From: Granulicella sapmiensis
GTDB taxonomy: Bacteria; Acidobacteriota; Terriglobia; Terriglobales; Acidobacteriaceae
Direction: 5' to 3'
DNA length: 64,000 nucleotides
Assembly (NCBI GenBank): GCA_026225395.1
Contig: JAMFSR010000004.1
Location: 41,837-105,836, forward strand
The notes beneath the pieces were generated by a model. The model saw nothing but the letters and a program-made list of their open reading frames with translations. It ran no database searches and was not told where the DNA came from. Within the stretch, counting starts at the first letter, position 1; every line of letters begins with the position of its first letter. Both the position numbers and the translations under genes were made by a program. Shown here piece by piece: positions 18,966 to 28,019 of this stretch.

Positions 18966-19946
18966 TTAGTCAACCGGCTCTTCTGCGAATGTCTGGCGTA
19001 TACCGTCTTCGAGCGCAGTGAAGGGGCTGCCATAACCCGCCTGGCGAAGGCCGGCGATGTCGGCTTCCGTAAAGTGCTGGTAGCGATTCTTCAGATCGCC
19101 GGGAAATGGGATGTACTCGATCTTGCCCTGACCGTGGACGGCCATCAGGGACTCTGCCACGGCCTTGAACGTCCGCGCCTCACCGGTGCCCGCGTTGACC
19201 ACAGCCTGTACCGGCATCTTAGGGCTCTCGGGAAGTAGGCCGCCGAAGAAGAGGTTGACCTTCGCGAGGTCCTTGACGAACACGAAGTCGCGGCGTTGCT
19301 CGCCATCACCGTAGCCGCCTGAGCCTTCAAACATACGGATCGTGCCGGTATCCTTAAGCTGCTTGGTGAAGTGGTGTATCACACTTGCCATGCGGCCCTT
19401 GTGCTGCTCGCGCGGACCGTAGACGTTGAAGTAGCGCAGCCCGACGACCGTGCTCTTGATTTCCGGCATAAGCCGCCGCACGTAGTTGTCGAATACCAGC
19501 TTCGAGTAGCCGTAGACGTTCAGTGGGCGTTCATTCTCAGGCGTTTCCTTGAACGTCTCGGAAAGGCCATAGACAGCCGCCGTCGACGCATACACCAGCG
19601 GGATTGCGCGCTCGACCGCGAAGTGCAACAGCTCCTTCGAGTAGGTGAAGTTGTTGTCCATCATGTAACGGCCGTCATCTTCCAGAGTGTTCGAGCAGGC
19701 GCCCTGGTGCAGTATGGCTCGGACACTCGCGTTCCTGAAGTCGCCGGCAGCCAGCGCGGCGCGGAACTCGCGCTTGTCCATGAAGTCGCTATACTCCGCG
19801 CCCCATAGGTTCAGGAACTTGGGCCCGCTCAGGTTCGGCGCAGGAGCAAAGTTGTCCACCAGCAAAATGTCGCGCTCACCCATTTGGTTGAGCTGCCGGA
19901 TCAGGTTGCTTCCTATAAACCCGGCACCACCGGTCACGATGATCAT
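18966..19946 (-). CDS. hldD: ADP-L-glycero-D-manno-heptose 6-epimerase
   Basis: MIIVTGGAGFIGSNLIRQLN Rossmann start, YGYSKLVFD (YxxxK), length 326 aa. The start overlaps the hldE stop (ATGA). Confidence 0.9.
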   Translation of the reverse strand: MIIVTGGAGFIGSNLIRQLNQMGERDILLVDNFAPAPNLSGPKFLNLWGAEYSDFMDKREFRAALAAGDFRNASVRAILHQGACSNTLEDDGRYMMDNNFTYSKELLHFAVERAIPLVYASTAAVYGLSETFKETPENERPLNVYGYSKLVFDNYVRRLMPEIKSTVVGLRYFNVYGPREQHKGRMASVIHHFTKQLKDTGTIRMFEGSGGYGDGEQRRDFVFVKDLAKVNLFFGGLLPESPKMPVQAVVNAGTGEARTFKAVAESLMAVHGQGKIEYIPFPGDLKNRYQHFTEADIAGLRQAGYGSPFTALEDGIRQTFAEEPVD

Positions 19947-21412
19947 GCGTTCCCCTGTAGCTTCTTCACAATATTGCTGGTCGAAAAGCCTTCTACCGTG
20001 GGCACAATCTCCACACGCCCGCCAGCGGCTATGACGGCCTCATGCCCCACGACTGTCTCCACACTATAATCCCCGCCTTTTACAAGCACATCCGGTTTCA
20101 CCAGCTTGATCAGCTCCAGCGGCGTATCCTCAGCGAACAAGACCACGGCATCTACGGCGGCCAGCGCCGCCATCACGCGCATGCGCTCGTTTTCGCCAAC
20201 GATAGGCCGCGACGGCCCTTTGAGCCGGCAGATAGAAGCATCCGCGTTGAGACCCAGCACAAGCTTCGAGCCGAACTTGTGGCAGTCCTCAAGCAGCGTA
20301 ATGTGCCCTACATGCAGAAGGTCGAAGCAGCCGTTGGTGAACACAATGGTTTCCCCCGCGGCGCGCCACTCCGCCACACGCTTCAGTAGCCGCTCGCCGT
20401 CGAGCATCTTTTCGCCGCTCGTGATCCCGCTCGAAGGCGTAAGCGCGGCGATCAGCTCATGCTTGGCGATCGGCACCGTTCCGACCGTCGCGACAACAAT
20501 GCCGGCGGCAAGGTTCGCCAGATCGACCGCGGTTTCAATGGGCAGCTTCGCCGCGAGGCAGGCTGCCATCGTCGCGATAACGGTATCGCCCGCGCCGGAG
20601 ACGTCATACACCTCACGCGCTCGTGCCGGCGAGTGAAACGTACGGCCCTCCGACAACACACGAATTCCCTTCTCGCTCATCGTCAGGGTCAGGTAGGTGA
20701 GGTCGTGCTCCTGCCGCTGGGCTTCGCCCGCAACCAGCAACTCTTCAATTTCATGTGCCGCCACACCGGTCGCCGCGGAGAGCTCCTTCAGGTTCGGGCA
20801 GACGGCGGTTGCGCCCGAATACATGCTGAAGTCCGTCGACTTGGGATCGACCAGCACCGGCACCCCCATACGCCTCGCCGCGCGAATCGCCGTCTCGCAC
20901 AGTTGTGCCGTAAGCGCGCCCTTGGCGTAGTCGGAGAGCACCACTGCGTGTACTTTGCTGACGAGCTGCTCCACGCGTTCCAGCAGATGCTGTTGATCTT
21001 CGGCGCTCGGCCGCTCACGGCTCTCGATATCCAGCCGCAGCAGCTGCTGCATGCGGCCAAGAATGCGAGTCTTCGAAATTGTCGGCAGCGAGGTTGTGAC
21101 CACCCCTGCCGTATCGACCCCCGCCTTTTCCAGGAACACCGCCAGCTCGCGTTGTTCGGTGTCGTTGCCCCAAAAGCCGGCCAGCAGCGTGGTGCAGCCC
21201 AGTCCGGCGAGGTTCATGGCGACATTCGCCGCTCCGCCCGGCCGCTCGTAGCGCTGGGCATGGCGAAGCACCGGCACCGGCGCCTCGGGGGAGATGCGCT
21301 CGACCTCGCCGAGGATGTAGCGGTCCAGCATGAGGTCGCCCACCACAAGGACCTTCAGATTGCCAAAACCGCCTTCGAGCAAATTCAGTACCGCATGTAT
21401 CTCCTGCATCAT
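19943..21412 (-). CDS. hldE: Bifunctional D-beta-D-heptose 7-phosphate kinase / D-beta-D-heptose 1-phosphate adenylyltransferase
   Basis: 489 aa. Ribokinase-like N-terminal half (GGAANVA, DVSGAGDTV) and cytidylyltransferase C-terminal half (FTNGCFDLLHVGHITLL). Confidence 0.9.
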   Translation of the reverse strand: MMQEIHAVLNLLEGGFGNLKVLVVGDLMLDRYILGEVERISPEAPVPVLRHAQRYERPGGAANVAMNLAGLGCTTLLAGFWGNDTEQRELAVFLEKAGVDTAGVVTTSLPTISKTRILGRMQQLLRLDIESRERPSAEDQQHLLERVEQLVSKVHAVVLSDYAKGALTAQLCETAIRAARRMGVPVLVDPKSTDFSMYSGATAVCPNLKELSAATGVAAHEIEELLVAGEAQRQEHDLTYLTLTMSEKGIRVLSEGRTFHSPARAREVYDVSGAGDTVIATMAACLAAKLPIETAVDLANLAAGIVVATVGTVPIAKHELIAALTPSSGITSGEKMLDGERLLKRVAEWRAAGETIVFTNGCFDLLHVGHITLLEDCHKFGSKLVLGLNADASICRLKGPSRPIVGENERMRVMAALAAVDAVVLFAEDTPLELIKLVKPDVLVKGGDYSVETVVGHEAVIAAGGRVEIVPTVEGFSTSNIVKKLQGNA

Positions 21413-22521
21413 CGACTTCTCTCCTCAGCCATTTGCATGCTCCACAGATGTTCCCTCGCCGCGAGGAAGGCTTCCTCGACTCCGATCGAGAGGATGCACT
21501 TCTTTCGTTCTACGATGCACGTCTCAAGCCCGCAGGCGCCGCAGTCTACCCAGTGGAGCACGATCCGGACGTGGGCACCATGCGGCACCCACTCGCCGGA
21601 CTTCATGCGGGCGCTGAAGATGCCGAGCACCGGCGTTCCGACGGACGCTGCCATATGGCCCGGGCCGCTGTCGTGCCCGAAAAACAGCACGGCGCGCTCG
21701 ACGACCGCGGCGCTAACTCTGGGCTTCGACAGGCCACAGAGATTCAATGCGGGGCCACTGCCTTCGACGGCGCGCCAGGCGCCTGCGACCGTCTCGCTGA
21801 CTTCGCGCTCGTCGGGCGCGCCGATGATAGCCAATCCGTGGCCGGGCCATTCTCTGGCCACTTTGGCAAGGAGTTCCTGCCAGCGCTCGATGCCCCATTG
21901 ATTAGCCTGGGCCTTGGTGCCCAGGCTGAAGGCGAAGTATTTGGTTCCAGACAATCCCGCCGTCAGCTCAAAACCTTCCTCGCGCTCAGCCGGTGTCAGG
22001 CCCGGAGACCAACTTTCCTGTTCGTCTATATGGGCATCGCCAAGCTCCGCGACACAGCGAGCGAGACGCAGGCCTTCCTGCTCGTACCAGGGCACGCCCT
22101 CGCGGAAGCCTTCACTTCGGGTACGCTGGAGGTCTTTTGTGAGCGGGACGCCGATGATGCGTTTAATGCCGCAGAAGCGAAAGAACCTGGCATCGCGGCG
22201 AACGGCGTGGTCACCGCGCACGGGCGCAAGATAAACCATCACGTCCGGACGCCAGCGGAAGATTATCCACCACAGCTTTGCGAGAGACCAGATGCCGCGC
22301 TCTCCCACCACGTAAGTCAAGTAGCCGTCGACAAGGCCGCTGCCGTCGAGGACGGCTTCCGCAGCCGCGGCTTTCCCGCTCACAGGGACGTTGGTCAGCA
22401 GCCGGACCTCGGCGCCTGGAAAGGCGCGACGCACGAGCCTGTAGCAAGGCAAGGCCACCATATGATCGCCCAGACTCCCTAATCGGAAGACCAGTACGCG
22501 GTTGACTTTGGTTGACCCCAT
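21409..22521 (-). CDS. Glycosyltransferase family 9 (LPS heptosyltransferase-like)
   Basis: RVLVFRLGSLGDHMVALP start and the C-terminal GT9 motif FFGHDSGPGHMAASVGTPV. The ORF-track start at 22653 would overlap the divergent gene; I chose ATG 22521 (22581 is also possible). Confidence 0.8.
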   Translation of the reverse strand: MGSTKVNRVLVFRLGSLGDHMVALPCYRLVRRAFPGAEVRLLTNVPVSGKAAAAEAVLDGSGLVDGYLTYVVGERGIWSLAKLWWIIFRWRPDVMVYLAPVRGDHAVRRDARFFRFCGIKRIIGVPLTKDLQRTRSEGFREGVPWYEQEGLRLARCVAELGDAHIDEQESWSPGLTPAEREEGFELTAGLSGTKYFAFSLGTKAQANQWGIERWQELLAKVAREWPGHGLAIIGAPDEREVSETVAGAWRAVEGSGPALNLCGLSKPRVSAAVVERAVLFFGHDSGPGHMAASVGTPVLGIFSARMKSGEWVPHGAHVRIVLHWVDCGACGLETCIVERKKCILSIGVEEAFLAAREHLWSMQMAEERSR

Positions 22522-22596
22522 GCCTCCAGTGTATCCGTGCCTCGCGACGGACAGTATCTTCGACCGGGAACTTGCTACCATGCCTCTAGTCCCTAG

Positions 22597-23202
22597 ATGC
22601 TCAACGCTTCCATCATCCCGCTGCTTCACGACCAATCGACCGCCCACTGGCACGACTCATTCGTTCCCCTTCCTGCCGCAGGCACGGACTTCGAGACCCT
22701 TGTGCTCGACCAACACCGCGCAAACTTCGACCTGTGGCACCGCGAAGACGAAGCACGCGCCCCGCTGGCCGATGGCACTGCCATGATCGAGATCAAGCAC
22801 GCCATCGACAGCCTGAACCAACTCCGCAACGACCTCGTCGAACGCATCGACGTCGCGCTGCTCGAAGCTGCGCCCGTGCAGCCGGCGTCCGCGCCGCTGC
22901 ACTCCGAGACTCCCGGGCTGATGATCGACCGGCTCTCCATCCTTGCGCTCAAGATCTTCCACACCGCGGAAGAGACGCGCCGGGCGGACGCCTCTGCGCA
23001 ACATCACCAGCGCAACCGGGAGCGCCTGGCTTTGCTCAACGAGCAGCGAAGTGACCTCGCCGGCTGTCTCGCAGCTCTTTGGACCGAAGTTCTCGCCGGC
23101 GAGCGCCGATTTAAACTCTACCGGCAGCTAAAGATGTATAACGATCCCGCCCTCAACCCAGTCTTATACGGCAACCCGAGTGAGCACAAAGGAACACGTT
23201 GA
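22597..23202 (+). CDS. DUF4254-like protein (function unknown)
   Basis: 201 aa. Pattern HRANFDLWHREDEAR ... HSETPGLMIDRLSILALKIFH ... FKLYRQLKMYNDPALNP matches my recollection of the DUF4254 family. Divergent from the GT9 gene. Confidence 0.55.
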   Translation: MLNASIIPLLHDQSTAHWHDSFVPLPAAGTDFETLVLDQHRANFDLWHREDEARAPLADGTAMIEIKHAIDSLNQLRNDLVERIDVALLEAAPVQPASAPLHSETPGLMIDRLSILALKIFHTAEETRRADASAQHHQRNRERLALLNEQRSDLAGCLAALWTEVLAGERRFKLYRQLKMYNDPALNPVLYGNPSEHKGTR

Positions 23203-23356
23203 ACGCAGCATTTGACCCGCGGCACCTCTGGCCCGTATAAAACCGAAGCAGCAGCAATAGGCACTCGGGCAAAGTTCTACGTCTGCCGTTACAATAAAGT
23301 TTCACTGATCCCACAACATTTCAACCAAAGTCCGGTTTCATTCAACGAGACACACC

Positions 23357-23935
23357 ATGGCCACCAAGTCGGGTATCCCCATCACACCATCTACTCCTAT
23401 CCCCGTTAAGAAGACGCCGCGTACGATCGCCGGCAGTCCCCAGGCCGTTGACGCCGCGGCTCGCAAACAGACCCTTGCGCTGTACGAGAGCGCCCTCAAG
23501 CTGATGCAGGCCGGCAAGTACGACAAGGCCCACGTCGCCTTCACCGCCATGCTTGAGGCCGCCCCGAACGACTTCGCCGACCGCATCCGCATGTATATCT
23601 CTGCCTGCGTCGGCCAGATCAAAAAGGGCACCACCAGCTTCGAGACCCACGAAGAGCGTTATGACTACGCCATCTCCCTGCTGAACCACGGCAACTATGA
23701 GGATGCGCGCGAGCACTTCCAGGCAATCCTGCTCAAGGACAGCTCCGCCGACTACGCCTTCTACGGCCTCGCTCTGCTTTCCAGCATGACCGGCGACACG
23801 CAGACCTGCATCGACCACCTGACCGAGGCCATCCGTCTCAACGCCCAGTACCGCTTCCAGGCCCGCTCGGACTCGGACTTCGACTCGGTTGCAGACGACC
23901 CCCGCTTCACCGAACTGCTGTACCCCGAAGCATAG
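23357..23935 (+). CDS. Hypothetical protein with TPR-like helical repeats
   Basis: 192 aa. Helical-hairpin patterns (YESALKLMQAGKYDKAHVAFTAML, AISLLNHGNYEDAREHFQAIL). It ends 28 nt upstream of yvcK. Confidence 0.45.
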   Translation: MATKSGIPITPSTPIPVKKTPRTIAGSPQAVDAAARKQTLALYESALKLMQAGKYDKAHVAFTAMLEAAPNDFADRIRMYISACVGQIKKGTTSFETHEERYDYAISLLNHGNYEDAREHFQAILLKDSSADYAFYGLALLSSMTGDTQTCIDHLTEAIRLNAQYRFQARSDSDFDSVADDPRFTELLYPEA

Positions 23936-23963
23936 CCTCCGGAAACGTCTACACTAGACCCCG

Positions 23964-25004
23964 ATGGCAACACCGAAACCCAAGCAGCTCCGCGTAGTCG
24001 CTATCGGCGGCGGCACCGGCCTTTCCACGCTCCTGCGGGGCCTCAAACGCTATGTAGCCGCGCCTCAGGGCACCAACCCCGTCGTCCATCCGGCCTACAA
24101 ACACCTTCCCTGTCTCATCCGCGACCTCACCGCCATCGTCACCGTCACCGACGACGGTGGCTCCTCCGGCAGGCTCCGCGAAGACCTGAAGATGCTCCCG
24201 CCGGGAGACGTCCGCAACTGCATGGTCGCGCTCTCCGAAGACGAGCACCTGCTCTCGCGGCTCTTCCAGTACCGCTTCGAGCAAGGCGACCTCGGCGGAC
24301 ACAGCTTCGGCAACATCTTCGTCGCCGCACTTTCGGCAATTACCGGGGACTTCGCGCAGGCCGTGCAGATGTCCTCGCAGATCCTCGCTACGCGCGGCCA
24401 CATCTTTCCGTCCACCACCGCCAACGCCACGCTCATCGCGCGCATGGACGACGACTCGCTGGTCCATGGCGAAACCAACATTTCCGCCAGCAAGCGCTCC
24501 ATCTCCGAGCTGATGCTTGAACCCGCCGACGCCGGCCCGCTGCCCGAGACCCTCGAAGCCATCGCTAGCGCCGACCTCATCACGCTCGGCCCAGGCTCGC
24601 TCTACACGTCGCTCATCACCAACCTGCTCGTCCGCGGCATCCCGGAAGCGCTTGCCTCCAGCAATGCCACGCGCGTGTATATCTGCAACCTCATGACGCA
24701 GGCCAACGAAAGCCTCGGCCTCACCGCCTCGCAGCACATCGAAAAGATCCTTGACCACGCCGGCGCAAAGATCTTCGACTACGCCCTGATCAACACTTCG
24801 CCAATCCTGCCCGCGACGGTGACTCAGTATGCGCGCTTCGGACAGACCCCCATCGAGCCCGATCTCGAGCGCATCCGCTCGCTCGGCGTCGAACCCATCA
24901 CCGGCAACTTTGTCCACGAAGGCGAAGTGCTGCGCCATAGCTACGATTTTGTCGCCGAAACAGTGCTGAATCTCGCGCAGCGCGTCCCAACCTCTTTATC
25001 CTGA
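23964..25004 (+). CDS. yvcK: YvcK/CofD-family gluconeogenesis factor-like protein
   Basis: VVAIGGGTGLSTLLRGLK, VTVTDDGGSSGRLR, GPGSLYTSLI. These are the canonical YvcK family motifs. Confidence 0.85.
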   Translation: MATPKPKQLRVVAIGGGTGLSTLLRGLKRYVAAPQGTNPVVHPAYKHLPCLIRDLTAIVTVTDDGGSSGRLREDLKMLPPGDVRNCMVALSEDEHLLSRLFQYRFEQGDLGGHSFGNIFVAALSAITGDFAQAVQMSSQILATRGHIFPSTTANATLIARMDDDSLVHGETNISASKRSISELMLEPADAGPLPETLEAIASADLITLGPGSLYTSLITNLLVRGIPEALASSNATRVYICNLMTQANESLGLTASQHIEKILDHAGAKIFDYALINTSPILPATVTQYARFGQTPIEPDLERIRSLGVEPITGNFVHEGEVLRHSYDFVAETVLNLAQRVPTSLS

Positions 25005-25059
25005 ACTTCGGAGCACTCTGCGGAGCGTCCTGGCTCATCCGGCCACTAAATTCGCGATT

Positions 25060-25091
25060 CTCTACACTCTACCCTCTATCCTCTACACTCT
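25060..25091 (+). repeat. Two perfect 11-bp direct repeats (CTCTACACTCT) 21 bp apart, just upstream of the GNAT gene
   Basis: Repeats at 25060-25070 and 25081-25091, with a related CTCTATC between them. The second repeat ends 5 nt before ATG 25097. Confidence 0.5.
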
Positions 25092-25096
25092 GTCTT

Positions 25097-25693
25097 ATGG
25101 AGACTCCCACCTTAGAAGGCCCCCACGTCCGTCTCGAACCGCTCACCCTCGAACACATCCCCCCGCTCGAAACCATCGCCTTCGACCCCTCCATCTGGCG
25201 CTATATGGTCTACCCCATGACCACCTCCGAACATCTACGCAACTGGGTGGAGGGCGCGCTCAACGCGCAGGCCGCCGGCACAGCGTTGCCGTGGATCACG
25301 ATCCATAAGGGCAGCGAGGGCAACCCCGAACAGATCGCCGGTGGCACCCGATTCATGGACCTCGACCTGAAGCACCGCTCCACCGAACTAGGCAGCACCT
25401 GGCTCGTCCAAGCGTTCCGCGGCACCCGCGTAAACCTCGAAGCCAAACTGCTGCAGCTCACGTACGCCTTTGAAACACTCAACCTGCTGCGTGTCGCCTT
25501 CAAAACCCACGACCACAACCAACGCTCGAAAGCTGCCATTCGCTCGATCGGCGCCATCTATGAAGGGACCTTCCGCAACCATTACGTGATGCCCGATGGC
25601 TCCAGCCGCGACAGCGCGTGGTTTTCAATCATCAAGCAGGATTGGCCTGATGTGAAGGAAATGCTGACGAGGCGTTTGAACGCGCCGCTGTAA
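25097..25693 (+). CDS. GNAT family N-acetyltransferase (RimJ/RimL-like)
   Basis: 198 aa. LRVAFKTHDHNQRSKAAIRSIGAIYEGTFRNH is a typical Acetyltransf_3 core. Confidence 0.75.
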   Translation: METPTLEGPHVRLEPLTLEHIPPLETIAFDPSIWRYMVYPMTTSEHLRNWVEGALNAQAAGTALPWITIHKGSEGNPEQIAGGTRFMDLDLKHRSTELGSTWLVQAFRGTRVNLEAKLLQLTYAFETLNLLRVAFKTHDHNQRSKAAIRSIGAIYEGTFRNHYVMPDGSSRDSAWFSIIKQDWPDVKEMLTRRLNAPL

Positions 25694-25702
25694 TGCTTGT
25701 GC

Positions 25703-25990
25703 CTAAAGAACTATGGGCCATTCCTGTCCGCCGTGAATAACTCGCAAAACATAAACTAGATCGTCTTGAAGACGATAGACCACGACACAACGATCATGGG
25801 GAACTATAAGTTCACGAGTACCAGGCATTCGTCCGGCAGGCCCAAGTTCGGGGTAACCTGCAAGCATTCGAACTCGGTCACGAATCCGCGCATCCATTGC
25901 CAGCGCGTTGGGAACGCTTTCGTCTGCGATATACATGACAATCGCATCCAGATCAGCTTCAGCCACCTCCGTCCAAAGTATCTGGATCAT
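25703..25990 (-). CDS. Type II toxin, RelE/ParE family
   Basis: 95 aa. The family is assigned from size, position directly downstream of the antitoxin, and a ParE-like pattern (A..DL..I..YI ... GR.PGTRELIV ... Y.V.YR). The start overlaps the antitoxin stop (ATGA). Confidence 0.75.
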   Translation of the reverse strand: MIQILWTEVAEADLDAIVMYIADESVPNALAMDARIRDRVRMLAGYPELGPAGRMPGTRELIVPHDRCVVVYRLQDDLVYVLRVIHGGQEWPIVL

Positions 25991-26286
25991 GCCTTTAGCT
26001 TAGCTAACAGTTTCGCGCGTCTTACCGCCGCACGACGATCTACCTCTTCCATGGTGATAGCCGGTCTCGGATCATCCAATGCTTCCTGCACCTTCGCACG
26101 AAACCATGCGTCGTACGCAGCGTCATGCACCGGGGTAAACGGCACCGCTCCCTCATTGGCGGTTCGTGTCAGCAGAACTCTCACTGCATCAGAAACCGTC
26201 ATCCCCACAGCCTCAAGAACGACCGAAGCACGATCCCTTATCTCTGAATCAATCCGAGTCTGCACAAGCGCATTGGAAGCCATCAT
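25987..26286 (-). CDS. Type II antitoxin, RelB/DinJ family
   Basis: The N-terminus VQTRIDSEIRDRASVVLEAVGMTVSDAVRVLLTRTANEGAVPF is DinJ-like (ribbon-helix-helix). Start trimmed to ATG-ATG at 26286/26283, with GAGG 5 nt upstream. Confidence 0.75.
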   Translation of the reverse strand: MMASNALVQTRIDSEIRDRASVVLEAVGMTVSDAVRVLLTRTANEGAVPFTPVHDAAYDAWFRAKVQEALDDPRPAITMEEVDRRAAVRRAKLLAKLKA

Positions 26287-26325
26287 TTTGCCCTCACAGT
26301 AATTGTAATGCAATTGCATGACAAG

Positions 26326-27564
26326 CTAAATCGCCGCCGCCCCAATCACCACCAGCTCCGGCTCCGCCACCGTCCGCTTCAACTGCCCGCAGGCCGCATA
26401 AATATCCCGCCCGCGGGGACGCCGAATATACGTCGCAATTCCGCCATCGATCAGCATCTTCTGAAACACCGCAACATCCCCCGGCTTCGGCTGCACATAA
26501 TCGATCCCCGGTCCCGGGTTCCACACGATCAGATTCACCTTCGCCCGCATGCCTGCAAGCAAATCCAGCACCTCGCGCGCATGCTCCGGCTGATCGTTCA
26601 CTCCACCCAGCAGGACATACTCAAACGTCACCCACTCGCGCGTGCGCAGCGGAATCTTCTGCACGGCCTCCAGCAGCGCCGCAATGTCCCACTTGCGCGT
26701 GATCGGCATGATGCGCTCGCGCACCACATCATTCGAAGCATTCAACGACAACGCCAGCTTCGGCCGCACCGTCTCTTTCGCAAACGCTTCAATCCCCGGC
26801 AGAATCCCGCTGGTCGACACCGTCATCCGCGACTCCGGAATGCCGATTCCCTCCACCAGCAGCATCACGCTCTTCATAAAGCTGTCGTAGTTCAGGAACG
26901 GCTCGCCCATGCCCATGAACACCAGGTTGATGCGGTCCTTGCCGATCTGAATGTTGTGCCGGTTCAGCACCGCGGCTACTTGCCCGGCGATCTCACCCGC
27001 CGTCAGGTTCCGCCTGATCCCCAACTTCGCCGTCAGGCAGAACTGGCAGTTCACCGCACAACCCACCTGGCTGGAAATACAAATCGTCGCCCTGCGAAAT
27101 CCGTTCTCCGCCAGCGTCCCAAAATTCGAACGAGCCCGCCCCTCCCCACGCCGTGACCAATAGCCGCCGTCGCTCTTCACACCCGCAACAGCCTCTTCCG
27201 CAGTCTCAGTCTCAGAGGCCTCCTCGACCGCAGCCTCACTCCCATCACCACGCTCGCCGCCGTCGCCATCCGGCATCCACACGGTCTCCACCGTCTCACC
27301 GTCGGCCATCCGCATCAGGTACCGCTCGGTTCCATCGACAGACGTAGCCGTCTGCACCATCTCCGGCAATTCAACCGACCAACCGGCCTGAACCAGTTCC
27401 GAACGCAGCGCCACCGACAGCGTGGTCATCTCCTCCACGCCCGTAACCCGCTGCTTATAGAGCGCCTCAAACACCTGCCTCGCGCGATACGGCTTCTGCC
27501 CCAGCTCGGACATCATCTCCGTCAGCTCCGGCAAGTTCATCCCAAATAGCGCACGCGTATCCAT
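26326..27564 (-). CDS. rlmN: 23S rRNA/tRNA (adenine-C2)-methyltransferase RlmN (radical SAM)
   Basis: ARQVFEALYKQ N-terminal domain, radical-SAM motif SSQVGCAVNCQFC, C-terminal IYAACGQL. It contains an acidic ~58-aa insertion. Confidence 0.9.
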   Translation of the reverse strand: MDTRALFGMNLPELTEMMSELGQKPYRARQVFEALYKQRVTGVEEMTTLSVALRSELVQAGWSVELPEMVQTATSVDGTERYLMRMADGETVETVWMPDGDGGERGDGSEAAVEEASETETAEEAVAGVKSDGGYWSRRGEGRARSNFGTLAENGFRRATICISSQVGCAVNCQFCLTAKLGIRRNLTAGEIAGQVAAVLNRHNIQIGKDRINLVFMGMGEPFLNYDSFMKSVMLLVEGIGIPESRMTVSTSGILPGIEAFAKETVRPKLALSLNASNDVVRERIMPITRKWDIAALLEAVQKIPLRTREWVTFEYVLLGGVNDQPEHAREVLDLLAGMRAKVNLIVWNPGPGIDYVQPKPGDVAVFQKMLIDGGIATYIRRPRGRDIYAACGQLKRTVAEPELVVIGAAAI

Positions 27565-27595
27565 GGTTCCAGTTTACCGCCCTATAATCTTCGGC

Positions 27596-28009
27596 ATGGC
27601 GTCCACAAGCGTCCTGCCCGAAACCGCCCCGGAGCTGCTCCCAATCCTCGACGATCTCCACCGTCGCGAACCTATCTTTCATCGACCCGCCTTCCCCACG
27701 ACCATGTCTCCGGACTACTGGGAAGTCGGCGCCTCCGGTCGCCGCTACAGCCGAGACTTCATCCTCGAAACCCTGACCTTGCATCCACCCATCGATGCCG
27801 AGGTCGCTCATTGGCAAACCACGGACTTCGTCCTGCAGCAACTTGCCCCCAACACCTACCTCCTGACCTATACGCTCGACCAGACAGGCCGGGTCACCCG
27901 ACGGTCGACTCTGTGGCACAAGGTCCAGGAAGGCTGGCAAATTCTTTATCACCAAGGCACCATCGTCTCGCCGGAGGCCCTTCAGGAAGCCAACACCGTT
28001 CCAACCTAA
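27596..28009 (+). CDS. NTF2-like / DUF4440-like small protein
   Basis: 137 aa. Segments DYWEVGASGRRYSRDFIL and STLWHKVQEGWQILYHQGT resemble SnoaL/DUF4440 folds. ATG 27596 is preferred over ATG 27563. Confidence 0.45.
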   Translation: MASTSVLPETAPELLPILDDLHRREPIFHRPAFPTTMSPDYWEVGASGRRYSRDFILETLTLHPPIDAEVAHWQTTDFVLQQLAPNTYLLTYTLDQTGRVTRRSTLWHKVQEGWQILYHQGTIVSPEALQEANTVPT

Positions 28010-28019
28010 TCGTGACTGC

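Noticed and set aside
17614-18966. Genomic island integrated at tRNA-Lys
   Set aside because: There is no integrase, no direct repeat of the tRNA 3' end and no compositional break. The adjacent genes form a normal LPS-core operon.
20459-22482. ORFs 20459..21901 (+, 480 aa) and 21433..22482 (+, 349 aa)
   Set aside because: They are antisense to hldE and the GT9 gene, both of which have unambiguous family motifs. Their composition is R/H/Q-rich nonsense.
23212-23409. Small ORFs in intergenic regions (23212..23409, 51431..51628, 60851..61099)
   Set aside because: They have no SD, odd composition, overlap real gene starts and are not supported by any motif.
23949-24938. ORF 23949..24938 (-, 329 aa)
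   Set aside because: It is antisense to yvcK, whose motifs are canonical. Its translation is G/A/V/E/R-rich with no recognisable domain.
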